Origin: Bacteriovoracia bacterium
GTDB lineage: Bacteria; Bdellovibrionota; UBA1018; CAIPTA01
NCBI GenBank assembly: GCA_050246755.1
Contig: JBFWVL010000001.1
Location: forward strand, 1,056,001 to 1,120,000
DNA length: 64,000 nucleotides
Direction of reading: 5' to 3'
This document shows positions 19,481 through 28,819 of the stretch, piece by piece. How positions within the stretch are numbered: position 1 is the first letter of the stretch; each line of letters begins with the position of its first letter. The position numbers and the translations under genes were made by a program. The notes under the pieces are model-generated. The model was not told the origin of the DNA and searched no databases. It worked only from the letters and a program-made list of their open reading frames with translations.

Positions 19481-21412
19481 TTAGCGCTTGTTGGCGCCGC
19501 TCTTTCGAGTTCCACGATAGCGTGCCAAGACCGTATAGCCCCCATCGGCCAAAATCGTTTTCGGCCACCCACAGCCCTTCGCGCACGCGGCCAAGGCAGA
19601 ATCGGTGGAAGAATTCTGGCCGCTTTGGCTGAATGTCCAGCCAGAATCCCAGGGCCAATGCAGACCTTCCTTCTGACCGGCGCGCACACCTTCCAAGACC
19701 ACGAACCGGCCAATTTTCACCGCTAACGTAATGGATTCGTTCCTCGCCGGGAATTTCAATTCATACCATCGCTTACTGCGTGGGTTGAGAGAAAGGGTTT
19801 CCTGGTAGCTACCAGACTCGATGAGAATTTCTACTGGAGAGAAAGAGCGATTCTGCAATAGAAACGCCGTAATTGGCGAAGAGTTTTTTCCGGGAGTTAG
19901 GGCAACTAGCCCCTTCTCGAGAAGAAATGGCTGCACTGGGCTGGCAAAAGAATAGATTTCCTGTCTTCCCGGCATACGGAAAGGATCATCGGCTCCCAGC
20001 AAAGGCAAGAAAACCGCTTTCCGATCCACTAAGCCGTTGGCTAGAGCGTGATAAAGGCTTTCCTCTTCGGCGTAGACGATCGTTTCTCCCGGAGGAACCA
20101 GCTGCCTCAAAGCTTCGGCCTGGCCATCCTCCATGTAGAAATCCGGAAGACGCGTGATGGCCCTCTGCCAAAATAACAAGCTCTCCCAGTTCTCCACCGG
20201 CCCAAGTAGGCCGCGCTTCGCCACAATAAGCCGATCCACCAACAAACCGGCGAGCGCAATATAAGCCACGACCGCCAGCGCCGAAAAAGAGCGTGCTTTC
20301 CCCTTGCGATAGCAAAAACGAATCAACGAAAATGCTCCTGCCGCCCAACAACCGCTAAGCAGCAAACCTAGAGGCAACAATAGACGAATCACCAATTCTC
20401 CCGGATAGCCGGGAAGAACATAAAAGAGGCCGAGACCCATTAGGCAAAGCAGCAGAGCTAAAATCACCGAATAGAATTCTCGTTTCGATCGTGTAAGCGA
20501 AATAAATCCGAGGCCAAGCAGAATAAAGACCGATGCAAATCCCCCACGTTGCTGCAAGAACCACTGCAGGACTGAACGTATCGATACGTCTACATTAAGT
20601 AGATCAAGGCCGAGGTGGGCGCCAAAACTACAGCCCACGCCCGGAGCCTTAAAAAGACCGGCGACTAGTTTTGCAAGAATTGCAATCCCGACCAAGACCG
20701 CTGCTGACCCCAGGCCCCTCCGGAGTTTTTTACGATTTTTGACCAACAATAAAGCGGCGGAGATTCCAGCAAGGGCGAATCCCAGTGGATGCATGAGCAC
20801 CGAAAAGCCTGCGCACAAGCTTGCGGCTATAACTGCGTATTTTCCCTCGCGACGGCAAAACCACCAACTCATCACGGCTAGGGCTACGCATAGATTGGTA
20901 GGTACAATATACTGCCAGCCAGCTCCTGGATATTTGAGCGTAGTGAAAAATAACAAGAAGATTCCCGCGGCCCCTAAGCCGAAAATATCTCCGACGAGTA
21001 GGGTAAAGGCTAAGGCCAAAAACAAACCGCCGAAAATCACTAAGCATGCATAAGCAATTTCCCAGCTCCCTAATGCAAAACGAAAGCCATTGAGGGCGAG
21101 GGAGTGCAGCACCGAATAGTTACAGAGAATCCGGCCAATATATCGATCTTGCAGAGCAGGAATAACCGGCGATCTTCGCGCTTGCTCAAGAACGGAAGCG
21201 TACGAAAGGCATTTTGTGAGGGGCACGCAGTGAATAGCGGCATTCGCCTTGTGTATGTAGGCGTAGGCATCGTCTGGCTCCGTTAAAGAGTTCGTCATAA
21301 ATACGGCAGGAAATAAATAGAACCCGTATACGGTTAGATGGAAAAGAACCGCTATGCCGAAGAATAGACAAATGGACCATGATTTGGATCCGGCGGGGGC
21401 GAATTTGAGCAT
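19481..21412 (-). CDS. Polytopic membrane protein, probable GT-C fold transferase
   Basis: EPDDAYAY acidic motif after TM1, about 12 TM helices and a C-terminal periplasmic domain; GAGGT upstream of ATG 21412. Confidence 0.55.
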   Translation of the reverse strand: MLKFAPAGSKSWSICLFFGIAVLFHLTVYGFYLFPAVFMTNSLTEPDDAYAYIHKANAAIHCVPLTKCLSYASVLEQARRSPVIPALQDRYIGRILCNYSVLHSLALNGFRFALGSWEIAYACLVIFGGLFLALAFTLLVGDIFGLGAAGIFLLFFTTLKYPGAGWQYIVPTNLCVALAVMSWWFCRREGKYAVIAASLCAGFSVLMHPLGFALAGISAALLLVKNRKKLRRGLGSAAVLVGIAILAKLVAGLFKAPGVGCSFGAHLGLDLLNVDVSIRSVLQWFLQQRGGFASVFILLGLGFISLTRSKREFYSVILALLLCLMGLGLFYVLPGYPGELVIRLLLPLGLLLSGCWAAGAFSLIRFCYRKGKARSFSALAVVAYIALAGLLVDRLIVAKRGLLGPVENWESLLFWQRAITRLPDFYMEDGQAEALRQLVPPGETIVYAEEESLYHALANGLVDRKAVFLPLLGADDPFRMPGRQEIYSFASPVQPFLLEKGLVALTPGKNSSPITAFLLQNRSFSPVEILIESGSYQETLSLNPRSKRWYELKFPARNESITLAVKIGRFVVLEGVRAGQKEGLHWPWDSGWTFSQSGQNSSTDSALAACAKGCGWPKTILADGGYTVLARYRGTRKSGANKR

Positions 21413-21499
21413 TTTTACCTCGGAAATTGGTTCGGGGCCGAAGGTAACGTGACTGCGGAGAACGCACAACCCGGGAGACCGAAACAAAGGCACGAATCA

Positions 21500-21536
21500 C
21501 GCTCCGCGCAATAGTTCCTGAGTGCGTAGCGGAGCG
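21500..21536. repeat. Perfect 8-bp inverted repeat (CGCTCCGC ... GCGGAGCG) in a divergent intergenic region
   Basis: Arms at 21500-21507 and 21529-21536, with extra GCA/TGC pairing inside; followed by TATTATAAAA. Confidence 0.5.
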
Positions 21537-21598
21537 AGCCGTATTATAAAAGTTTTAGAACAGTTTTCGGCGAGCGCCCGAGTGGCGGAAAGGAATTT

Positions 21599-22552
21599 AT
21601 GAACTTCGCCATCACCGGGGTAGCAGGTTACATTGCGCCGCGACATCTGAAGGCAATACGTGATGTGGGAGGCAATCTCATTGCGGCTCTCGATCCGCAC
21701 GACGCCGTGGGAGTACTCGACCAGTACTTTCCCTCTGTTCGCTATTTTACGGAATTCGAGCGCTTTGATCGCGACCTCGAAAAGTTGCGCCGTCAAGGCG
21801 GCTCTTCGCGCATTCACTACCTAACGGTTTGCTCGCCCAATTATTTACACGATGCTCATATCCGCGCGGCCCTTCGAGTGGAAGCGGACGCTATTTGCGA
21901 AAAACCTCTGGTTCTCAACCCGTGGAATCTCGACGCTCTCGCCGAATTGGAAAAGGAATACGGCAAACGCGTTTACACGATCCTTCAGCTGCGCGTCCAT
22001 CCTGCGATCCTCGCTATTCGCGAGCAGTACGGCAAAGACCGCGCTAAGCGCCACCAAATTAATCTTACTTATATAACCTCACGCGGGAACTGGTACCTCA
22101 CCAGCTGGAAAGGAAATATCGAGCGATCGGGTGGCCTAGCCACCAATATCGGCGTGCATTTTTTCGACATGCTCCAGTGGATCTTCGGTAAGACCACGAG
22201 AAGCGAGGTTCATTTTTCTTCTCCCACCACCATGTCCGGATTTTTAGAGCTGGAAAACGCGGACGTGCATTGGTACCTCTCCATTGACTCGGAAAACTTG
22301 CCGAGCAACTGCAAGGAAAAAAACCAGCGCACCTTCCGTTCGATTACCATCGATGGCGCCGAAGTGGAGTTTTCCGACGGGTTCGCCGACCTGCACACCA
22401 ACGTATACCGCGAGATTCTCGCGGGCAAAGGCCACGGGATCGAAGACGCACGCGCATCGATCGAACTGGTGCACCAAATCCGGGTAGCCAAAGCCAATCC
22501 TTCCTCTAAAAATCTGCACCCTTATTTTCGGGAAAAGCACGGGAAGCCTTGA
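21599..22552 (+). CDS. wbpB: UDP-GlcNAcA 3-dehydrogenase (WbpB/WlbA; Gfo/Idh/MocA family)
   Basis: G.AGYIAPRHL.AI, CSPNYLHDAH, ICEKPLV.NP, LQLR.HP, YITSRG.WY..SWKG, TNIGVHFFDML. Confidence 0.92.
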   Translation: MNFAITGVAGYIAPRHLKAIRDVGGNLIAALDPHDAVGVLDQYFPSVRYFTEFERFDRDLEKLRRQGGSSRIHYLTVCSPNYLHDAHIRAALRVEADAICEKPLVLNPWNLDALAELEKEYGKRVYTILQLRVHPAILAIREQYGKDRAKRHQINLTYITSRGNWYLTSWKGNIERSGGLATNIGVHFFDMLQWIFGKTTRSEVHFSSPTTMSGFLELENADVHWYLSIDSENLPSNCKEKNQRTFRSITIDGAEVEFSDGFADLHTNVYREILAGKGHGIEDARASIELVHQIRVAKANPSSKNLHPYFREKHGKP

Positions 22553-22567
22553 AAGCAAAATTTCACG

Positions 22568-23416
22568 ATGATCACCTCTACTAGCTCTCCCCCACCCATT
22601 ACTAGGATGGTAATCTTAACCGCAGATGACTCCACCTGGATGCTGCCGGCTTGGGCGGAGGCGATGAATTTTTTAGCCAAGGACTTTTCGGTCGTCGGCA
22701 TATGGGTATTACCAAACCACTTAGGAAAACTTCGCGGTAAGGCTATTTTTAGCTGGTATCTATCTACGTTCGGACTGAAAAATATGCTTTTGCTCGGCAT
22801 GTTTGCCGGGCTCGCAAAAATTAGAAACGTTCTCCGCAGACAGAATTCATGGCGTTCCATAGCAGACCGCCACGGAACCGAATTACACTTTACGGCGAAC
22901 CCCAACACTCGCGAACTGATTGACTGGATCAAAAACAAAGAAATCGATATCGGACTCACGAGCGTAGGAAACTATTTGAAAGAACCGCTTTTGCAATCCG
23001 TGAAAATTGGTTTTATCAATAAGCATGCCGCGGTATTGCCCCAAGCCAAGGGAATCTTTCCCTATATCTGGTCAGTCTTAGAAAGCGTACCTCTCGGTGT
23101 CACTTATCATAAAATGGTTCCGGAAGTAGATGCTGGCCCGTACCTACTCCAATGGGAAAGGGACGGTTCTTGCTCTACCCCAAGCATGCTAAGGTTCTAT
23201 TTTGAGGTTTTCGCCCGTTTTCCCGCTGAAATTGCGGAGGCGGCCAAAAGGCTCCGCGAAGGAAAGTTCCTGTCTAACCCGAATACCCAGATGAAAGGTA
23301 CTTACTTCTCGTTTCCTGAGCGTAAACATATTATTTCCTTAGAAAAGATGGGTGGTAGGATTGCGAAAGGAAGGGATATTTTCTACATCCTGTACATATG
23401 GCTTTTGCGGCAATAA
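22568..23416 (+). CDS. Formyltransferase (N10-formyl-THF-dependent, formyl_trans_N domain)
   Basis: INKHAAVLP..KG..P (N-x-H catalytic motif) and GVTYH.M...VDAG. Confidence 0.75.
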   Translation: MITSTSSPPPITRMVILTADDSTWMLPAWAEAMNFLAKDFSVVGIWVLPNHLGKLRGKAIFSWYLSTFGLKNMLLLGMFAGLAKIRNVLRRQNSWRSIADRHGTELHFTANPNTRELIDWIKNKEIDIGLTSVGNYLKEPLLQSVKIGFINKHAAVLPQAKGIFPYIWSVLESVPLGVTYHKMVPEVDAGPYLLQWERDGSCSTPSMLRFYFEVFARFPAEIAEAAKRLREGKFLSNPNTQMKGTYFSFPERKHIISLEKMGGRIAKGRDIFYILYIWLLRQ

Positions 23417-24348
23417 ATATCAATTTTGATTCTCTTGGCGAGATGTTCGGCTTTCCCGAAGGCTTCCGCGATCCATGTTTTTTTCAAGTGGCCGATCGTT
23501 TTTTTAAAATCGCCGATAAGTATAACTTTCGCTACAGCATTTACGTGATCGGGAAAGATCTCGAAAACCCGATCAATCAAGAAGCCGTAAGAAGCTGGCA
23601 GGCAAAGGGTCACGAGATAGGTAGCCACTCCTTCAGTCACCGCAATGATCTTGGTGCACTTTCCCCTCGGGAAATTAGGGAAGAAGTATCTCGCGCGCAC
23701 GAGATACTTACGAAAACTCTTGGACAACCAGTAAGGGGATTTATTGCTCCCGGCTGGTCTGCTTCTTCTGAGCTTCATTCCGCCTTGCTAGAACTGGATT
23801 ACGAGTATGATACTTCTTCATTTCCATCTTGGCTGATGTTCCCTGCGCTCGCAAAATTGAGCATGAATTATCGTGGCGACCACCGCGCTAGCCGTTTTTG
23901 GCGACGAAAAGACTTTCATTATCATTTGGCGGGATCTCGGAAGCCCTATACTTCTATGGGAAAATTGTTCGGTAGCCTACCGACCGGAAAAAAAGAACTT
24001 TTGATTTTACCGCTTCCCACGAACCACTTTCGCTTTGCTTGCTGGCATACGATTGGATTTATGTTTGGTTGGAAATTTCATAAAAAATTACTACAGCAGT
24101 GCTTAAAGCAAAACGACCTCTTTTATTACCTCACCCATCCGGCTGACCTTCTCGACCGCGCTGATATTCCTGAAGGGCTGGGCAGTCGTTTCGAACGAAT
24201 GGAAATGCCACTTGAGGAAAAAATTCAGCGCTTTGAAGACTGTATCGAGCAAATTATTAGATCAGGAAAAAAAATCGTCACGATGGGTCAGCTGGCAGAT
24301 ATTGCCCGGCGGCGAATTTACGAAAATAGGAAAATCCATGTCGGCTAA
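23398..24348 (+). CDS. Polysaccharide deacetylase/deformylase (NodB/CE4 fold)
   Basis: NFDS, GHEIGSHSFSH, GFIAPGW, YDTS, LTHP.D motifs. Confidence 0.82.
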   Translation: MAFAAININFDSLGEMFGFPEGFRDPCFFQVADRFFKIADKYNFRYSIYVIGKDLENPINQEAVRSWQAKGHEIGSHSFSHRNDLGALSPREIREEVSRAHEILTKTLGQPVRGFIAPGWSASSELHSALLELDYEYDTSSFPSWLMFPALAKLSMNYRGDHRASRFWRRKDFHYHLAGSRKPYTSMGKLFGSLPTGKKELLILPLPTNHFRFACWHTIGFMFGWKFHKKLLQQCLKQNDLFYYLTHPADLLDRADIPEGLGSRFERMEMPLEEKIQRFEDCIEQIIRSGKKIVTMGQLADIARRRIYENRKIHVG

Positions 24349-24922
24349 TGAAACATTCATTCACGATTCAGCTTACGTAGACGAAGGCGCCGAAATCGGC
24401 GCCGGCACTAAAATCTGGCACTACTCTCATATCTCCGCGCCCGCAAAGGTGGGGAAAAACTGCGTATTCGGCCAAAATGTTTTTGTGGCCCGTAATGTTT
24501 CGATCGGCAATCACGTGAAGATTCAGAACAATGTATCGGTCTACGAAGGCGTTATTCTCGAAGACTACGTGTTCTGCGGCCCTAGCTGCGTATTTACCAA
24601 CGTGAAAACTCCGCGATGCGAGTTTCCCCGGAATACTTCCAAAGACTACGCCGAAACGCGCGTGAAACGCGGGGCCAGCATCGGGGCGAACGCCACGATC
24701 GTTTGCGGCATCACCCTGAACGAAAATGCTTTCGTGGCCGCCGGCGCGGTGGTTACCAAGGATGTTCCCGCTTTCGCGATGGTCGCCGGCGTGCCCGCTA
24801 AGATCGTAGGGTGGATGAGCGCTTACGGCGACGTCCTCCATTTCGACGAAAAAGGCGAGGCGATCGATTCGATCGGCGCCCGCTATCGCAAACAAGGCGA
24901 GTCCGTGGAGAAGCTGGGATGA
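24338..24922 (+). CDS. wbpD: UDP-2-acetamido-3-amino-2,3-dideoxy-glucuronate N-acetyltransferase (WbpD/WlbB, hexapeptide repeat)
   Basis: IH.SA.VD.GA.IG.GTKIWH, KIQNNVSVYEGV.LED.VFCGPS.VFTNV..PR, GVPA...GWM; ATG 24338. Confidence 0.92.
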   Translation: MSANETFIHDSAYVDEGAEIGAGTKIWHYSHISAPAKVGKNCVFGQNVFVARNVSIGNHVKIQNNVSVYEGVILEDYVFCGPSCVFTNVKTPRCEFPRNTSKDYAETRVKRGASIGANATIVCGITLNENAFVAAGAVVTKDVPAFAMVAGVPAKIVGWMSAYGDVLHFDEKGEAIDSIGARYRKQGESVEKLG

Positions 24923-26025
24923 AGCAAATCCCCATCCTAGATCTCGGCCCTCAGTATTTCCGTCTCAAGCCGCAAATAGACCGCGCCATCGCGTCCGTGA
25001 TGGAAAGCGGCAATTTCATCATGGGTAAAGAAGTAGAGCTCTTCGAAAATGAGGTGGCTAAGTATAGCGGCGTGAAATACGCCGTGGGCCTAAATTCGGG
25101 AACCGATGCGCTCGTGATCGGCTTACGCGCCCTCGGTATCGGCGCCGGCGACGAAGTAATTACTTCAAGCTTCAGTTTTTTCGCTACAGCGGAGGCGATT
25201 AGCTTGCTCGGCGCGAAACCCGTATTCGTGGACATTGATCCCGGAACGTTCAATCTAAATCCGGAACTGCTACCCGAGGCCTTAACAAAAAAAACCAAGG
25301 CGATTATTCCGGTTCATCTCTTTGGGCTAGGCTGCCAAATGGGCCCGATTTTAGAATTCGCGCAAAAGCATAGTTTAAAAGTTTTAGAAGACTGCGCTCA
25401 GAGCTTCGGCGGTCACGAAACAACGAGTGGGAATTTTCTCGGCTCTTTGGGACATGCCGGCGCCCTTTCTTTCTTTCCCTCGAAAAATCTCGGCGCCGCC
25501 GGGGATGCAGGCATGCTGCTCACTAACGATTCGGCAGTGGCGGAACAGTCCCGTGCGCTGCGAACCCATGGCGGCAAGAAAAAATATTTCAATGAAACCG
25601 TGGGCTATAATTCTCGCCTCGATACGATCCAAGCCGCGATCCTGCGGGTAAAGCTTCCGCACCTGGATTCTTGGAACAAGGAGCGCTTTGCGGTAGCACA
25701 GAGTTACCATGAGCTGCTTTCTGGTATTCCGGGCCTCGCCTTGCCGGGATTGGTTTCCGGCCACGCTTTCCACCAATTTACCGTACGCTTGTCCCACGTA
25801 AATCGCGATGCGGTGCAAACCAAGCTCGCCGCGAAGGGTATTGCCACGATGATTTATTATCCCGTGCCGATTCACCGCCTACCCGTTTACGCCGGCCAAT
25901 ACGCGCCCCTTCCCGAGTGCGAGAAAGCGGCGGCGGAAGTGCTAAGTTTGCCAATAGGCCCGGGAATGCCAGATTCCAATTTGGAAACCGTTGCTACAGA
26001 ATTACGGAGCCTGCTCACCCAATGA
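24919..26025 (+). CDS. wbpE: DegT/DnrJ/EryC1/StrS aminotransferase (WbpE/WlbC-like)
   Basis: NSGTDAL, PVHLFG, EDCAQSFG, SFFPSKNLG..GD.G (PLP Lys), GYNSRLD.IQAA; ATGA coupling with wbpD. Confidence 0.85.
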   Translation: MKQIPILDLGPQYFRLKPQIDRAIASVMESGNFIMGKEVELFENEVAKYSGVKYAVGLNSGTDALVIGLRALGIGAGDEVITSSFSFFATAEAISLLGAKPVFVDIDPGTFNLNPELLPEALTKKTKAIIPVHLFGLGCQMGPILEFAQKHSLKVLEDCAQSFGGHETTSGNFLGSLGHAGALSFFPSKNLGAAGDAGMLLTNDSAVAEQSRALRTHGGKKKYFNETVGYNSRLDTIQAAILRVKLPHLDSWNKERFAVAQSYHELLSGIPGLALPGLVSGHAFHQFTVRLSHVNRDAVQTKLAAKGIATMIYYPVPIHRLPVYAGQYAPLPECEKAAAEVLSLPIGPGMPDSNLETVATELRSLLTQ

Positions 26026-27077
26026 AAATAGTTACGGTTCTCGGCGCCAGACCCCAGTTCATTAAGGCCGCTCCCGTGTGCCACGCCCTCAAGAGGGGCG
26101 GGCATGAAGAAATTCTCGTTCATACCGGCCAGCATTACGACGCCAACATGTCGGATGTCTTTTTCGACGAGCTGAATATCCCTAAACCAGCCGTGAATCT
26201 GCAGGTGGGATCGGGCACGCACGGAAAGCAGACGGGCGAAATGCTCGCCAAGATTGAAGAGGTTTTAACCCAGCATAAACCCGATCATTTGCTTGTATAT
26301 GGAGACACGAATTCCACCCTCGCCGGCGCCCTCGCCGCTTGCAAGCTAGGGATCCCCATCGCCCACGTAGAGGCCGGGTTACGCTCCTTTAATCGCTCCA
26401 TGCCGGAGGAGCATAACCGCGTGCTTACCGATCATTGCTCGGAACTTCTGTTCTGCCCTACCGAAACGGCCGTGAAGCACCTCAAAAATGAAGGCATTCA
26501 AAAGGGCGTGCATAAAGTGGGCGATACGATGCTCGATGCAGTTTTGCAGTTCAGGCAGATCGCCGCCAAGAAAAGCCGCGCCATGCATACCCTTTCCCTT
26601 CAGCCCAAAGAATTTTACCTCGCTACGATTCATCGTCCTTACAATACGGATGACCCGAAAGCATTAAAAGCCGCTCTCGAAGCCCTAAGCGCTCTAGGGA
26701 AAGCGGTCGTTTTTCCGTTACACCCCCGCACCAGGCCGAAAATAGCTGGGATCAAGATTGGATCGAACGTGAAACTTTGCGACCCCCTGGGTTATCTCGA
26801 CATGCTTTTACTCCAGGAAAATGCGCGAATCGTGCTCACCGATTCTGGAGGAGTGCAAAAAGAAGCCTTTTTTCTAAAGACGCCCTGCGTTACCTTGCGT
26901 ACCGAAACGGAATGGGTCGAAACCGTCGAGACAGGATGGAATATAGTCGTGGGCACCGATCCCTCCGGTGTAGTAAAAGCGGTGAAAGCCTTCGAGAATA
27001 ATACCCCTCAGCCCCCAGCCAATTTTTTCGGTTCGGGCGATGCGGCCGACCGGATCGTGAAGATCCTGGGCGCCTAA
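26022..27077 (+). CDS. wbpI: Non-hydrolysing UDP-GlcNAc/UDP-GlcNAc3NAcA 2-epimerase (WbpI/WlbD/WecB family)
   Basis: GARPQFIKAA, HTGQHYD, YGDTNST, HVEAGLRS...MPEE.NR, TDSGGVQKEA; position after wbpB/D/E. Confidence 0.82.
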   Translation: MKIVTVLGARPQFIKAAPVCHALKRGGHEEILVHTGQHYDANMSDVFFDELNIPKPAVNLQVGSGTHGKQTGEMLAKIEEVLTQHKPDHLLVYGDTNSTLAGALAACKLGIPIAHVEAGLRSFNRSMPEEHNRVLTDHCSELLFCPTETAVKHLKNEGIQKGVHKVGDTMLDAVLQFRQIAAKKSRAMHTLSLQPKEFYLATIHRPYNTDDPKALKAALEALSALGKAVVFPLHPRTRPKIAGIKIGSNVKLCDPLGYLDMLLLQENARIVLTDSGGVQKEAFFLKTPCVTLRTETEWVETVETGWNIVVGTDPSGVVKAVKAFENNTPQPPANFFGSGDAADRIVKILGA

Positions 27078-27086
27078 GGAGAACAT

Positions 27087-28067
27087 ATGAAGAAGAAAAC
27101 CATCCTCATCACCGGCGTAGCCGGCATGATTGGCTCCCACTTACTCGACCAGCTGATGGAACGTAACTACGAGGTAATCGGAGTGGACGACCTTAGCTAC
27201 GGAAAAATGGAAAACATCCAGCACCATATGGGTAAGCCGAATTTCCGTTTCTACCGCGTGGATGTTTTAGATTTTGAGACGCTGAAAATTCTCGGCCGAG
27301 ACGTGGCCACCATCGCGCATCTCGCGGCGGTGAAGAAAATTTCCGAATCCGAACCCGCCATGCCCACGCTCAGCGTGAACGTTAAGGGTACGGAAAACGT
27401 GCTCGAAGTAGCCAAGATGTGGGGTTGTAAGGTGGTGTTCGCCTCTACCTCCGACGTGTACGGAATGTCTCCCGATCTCCCCTACCGAGAAGATGGAGAC
27501 CTTCTTCTCGGCCCCAGCATGATTAAGCGCTGGAGCTATGCCGTATCCAAACTCTACGGCGAGCAAATGGCTTTCGCTTACTACAAAGACTACGGAGTAC
27601 CGATCGTTTGCATTCGTTACTTCGGAGGCTTTAGCCCACGCTCGAGTTTCAAATGGAGCGGCGGACACGTACCGATCTTTATCAATAGCATCTTAAACGA
27701 CGAAGAAATTATTGTGCACGGAGATGGCGAACAAACCCGCTCAATGGGATTCGTGACCGACCTAGTGGAGGGAACCGTGCTTGCTATCGAGAGTGAAAAA
27801 GCGGTAGGTGAAATCATTAATCTCGGAAATACCGAAGAAATTAGCGTAATCGATACGGCTAAAATGATTCACCGCCTGGCCAAAACCGGCAAAGAGCTGA
27901 AAGTGAAATTCGTTCCGATGAAGGAGGTTTTCGGCCAATATAAGGACATTATGCGCCGCCAGCCCGACCTCACCAAAGCCCGTACGCTGCTAGGCTACGA
28001 ACCCAAAGTAAGCCTTGAGGAAGGCATTCGCCAAACTCTCGCCGAAGTACGTAAGCGGAACGGCTAG
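27087..28067 (+). CDS. NAD-dependent epimerase/dehydratase (ArnA C-terminal/UDP-glucuronate decarboxylase-like SDR)
   Basis: ITGVAGMIGSHL, FASTSDVYG, RWSYAVSK (compare ArnA RWIYSVSK), GDG.QTR. Confidence 0.8.
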   Translation: MKKKTILITGVAGMIGSHLLDQLMERNYEVIGVDDLSYGKMENIQHHMGKPNFRFYRVDVLDFETLKILGRDVATIAHLAAVKKISESEPAMPTLSVNVKGTENVLEVAKMWGCKVVFASTSDVYGMSPDLPYREDGDLLLGPSMIKRWSYAVSKLYGEQMAFAYYKDYGVPIVCIRYFGGFSPRSSFKWSGGHVPIFINSILNDEEIIVHGDGEQTRSMGFVTDLVEGTVLAIESEKAVGEIINLGNTEEISVIDTAKMIHRLAKTGKELKVKFVPMKEVFGQYKDIMRRQPDLTKARTLLGYEPKVSLEEGIRQTLAEVRKRNG

Positions 28068-28819
28068 TGGCTAAGGCTTTCGTTATCGCGCCCGTACTTA
28101 ACGAGGCCGAGAACCTCCCTACTCTCACGCGTAGCTGGAAAGAGCTCTCCCTTGCGTTTCCAAGCTGGAAATTCGAGTTCGTTTTAATAGACGACGGCTC
28201 TTCCGACGGCACGAAAGCCAGCGCCGAAAAAATGGCAGCCTCGCTTGGGCTAAACTGTCGCGTTATCCGTCATGAACAGAACCAAGGCCCCGGCGCGGCC
28301 TTCGCCTCCGGTTTTACCTATGTGGCCGAAATTTTACGGCCCGAAGATACCGTGATTACAATGGAAGGAGATAATACCTCTCGTATTGCGACGTTAAAAA
28401 TTATGCTCGATCGTATGGAACGGGAAAACGTGGAAGTAGCCCTCGCTTCTCCCTATGCCTACGGCGGTGGGATCATCAATACTTCGCTCTACCGCATGAT
28501 TCTCAGCCATTTTGCAAATGGCATGGTGAAAAGCTTCCTCGACATTCACGGTATCCATACCATGAGTTCTTTTTTCCGAGCCTATCGCGGTTCCGTTATC
28601 CTCGGGCTGCAAAAAAAATGGGGCCCCAGGATTTTGGAGCGCAATGGTTTTGAATGCATGATTGAGCTCCTCAAAAAAATGATCCTCGCCGGCGCCACGA
28701 TCACCGAAGTTCCCATGCGCCTCGATACTTCTTTGCGTAAAGGGAAAAGCAAAATGAAGGTAATGCGCACCATCCGGGGCTATTTTGCCGTAATCTGGAT
28801 CTCCCGGGCCTGGAAATGA
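28067..28819 (+). CDS. GT2 polyprenyl-phosphate glycosyltransferase (DPM1/ArnC-like)
   Basis: P.LNEAENL, IDDGSSDGT, H..NQG.G.A...G, MEGD variant of DxD, EVP.....R..GKSK. Confidence 0.82.
   Translation: MAKAFVIAPVLNEAENLPTLTRSWKELSLAFPSWKFEFVLIDDGSSDGTKASAEKMAASLGLNCRVIRHEQNQGPGAAFASGFTYVAEILRPEDTVITMEGDNTSRIATLKIMLDRMERENVEVALASPYAYGGGIINTSLYRMILSHFANGMVKSFLDIHGIHTMSSFFRAYRGSVILGLQKKWGPRILERNGFECMIELLKKMILAGATITEVPMRLDTSLRKGKSKMKVMRTIRGYFAVIWISRAWK

Noticed and set aside
24212-26021. Long N-terminal extensions for wbpD, wbpE and wbpI in the ORF track (also lhgO, pseI, 8363 MTase, 51572 MTase)
   Set aside because: Family homology begins at downstream starts that overlap upstream stops or follow SD motifs; the extensions overlap neighbouring genes.
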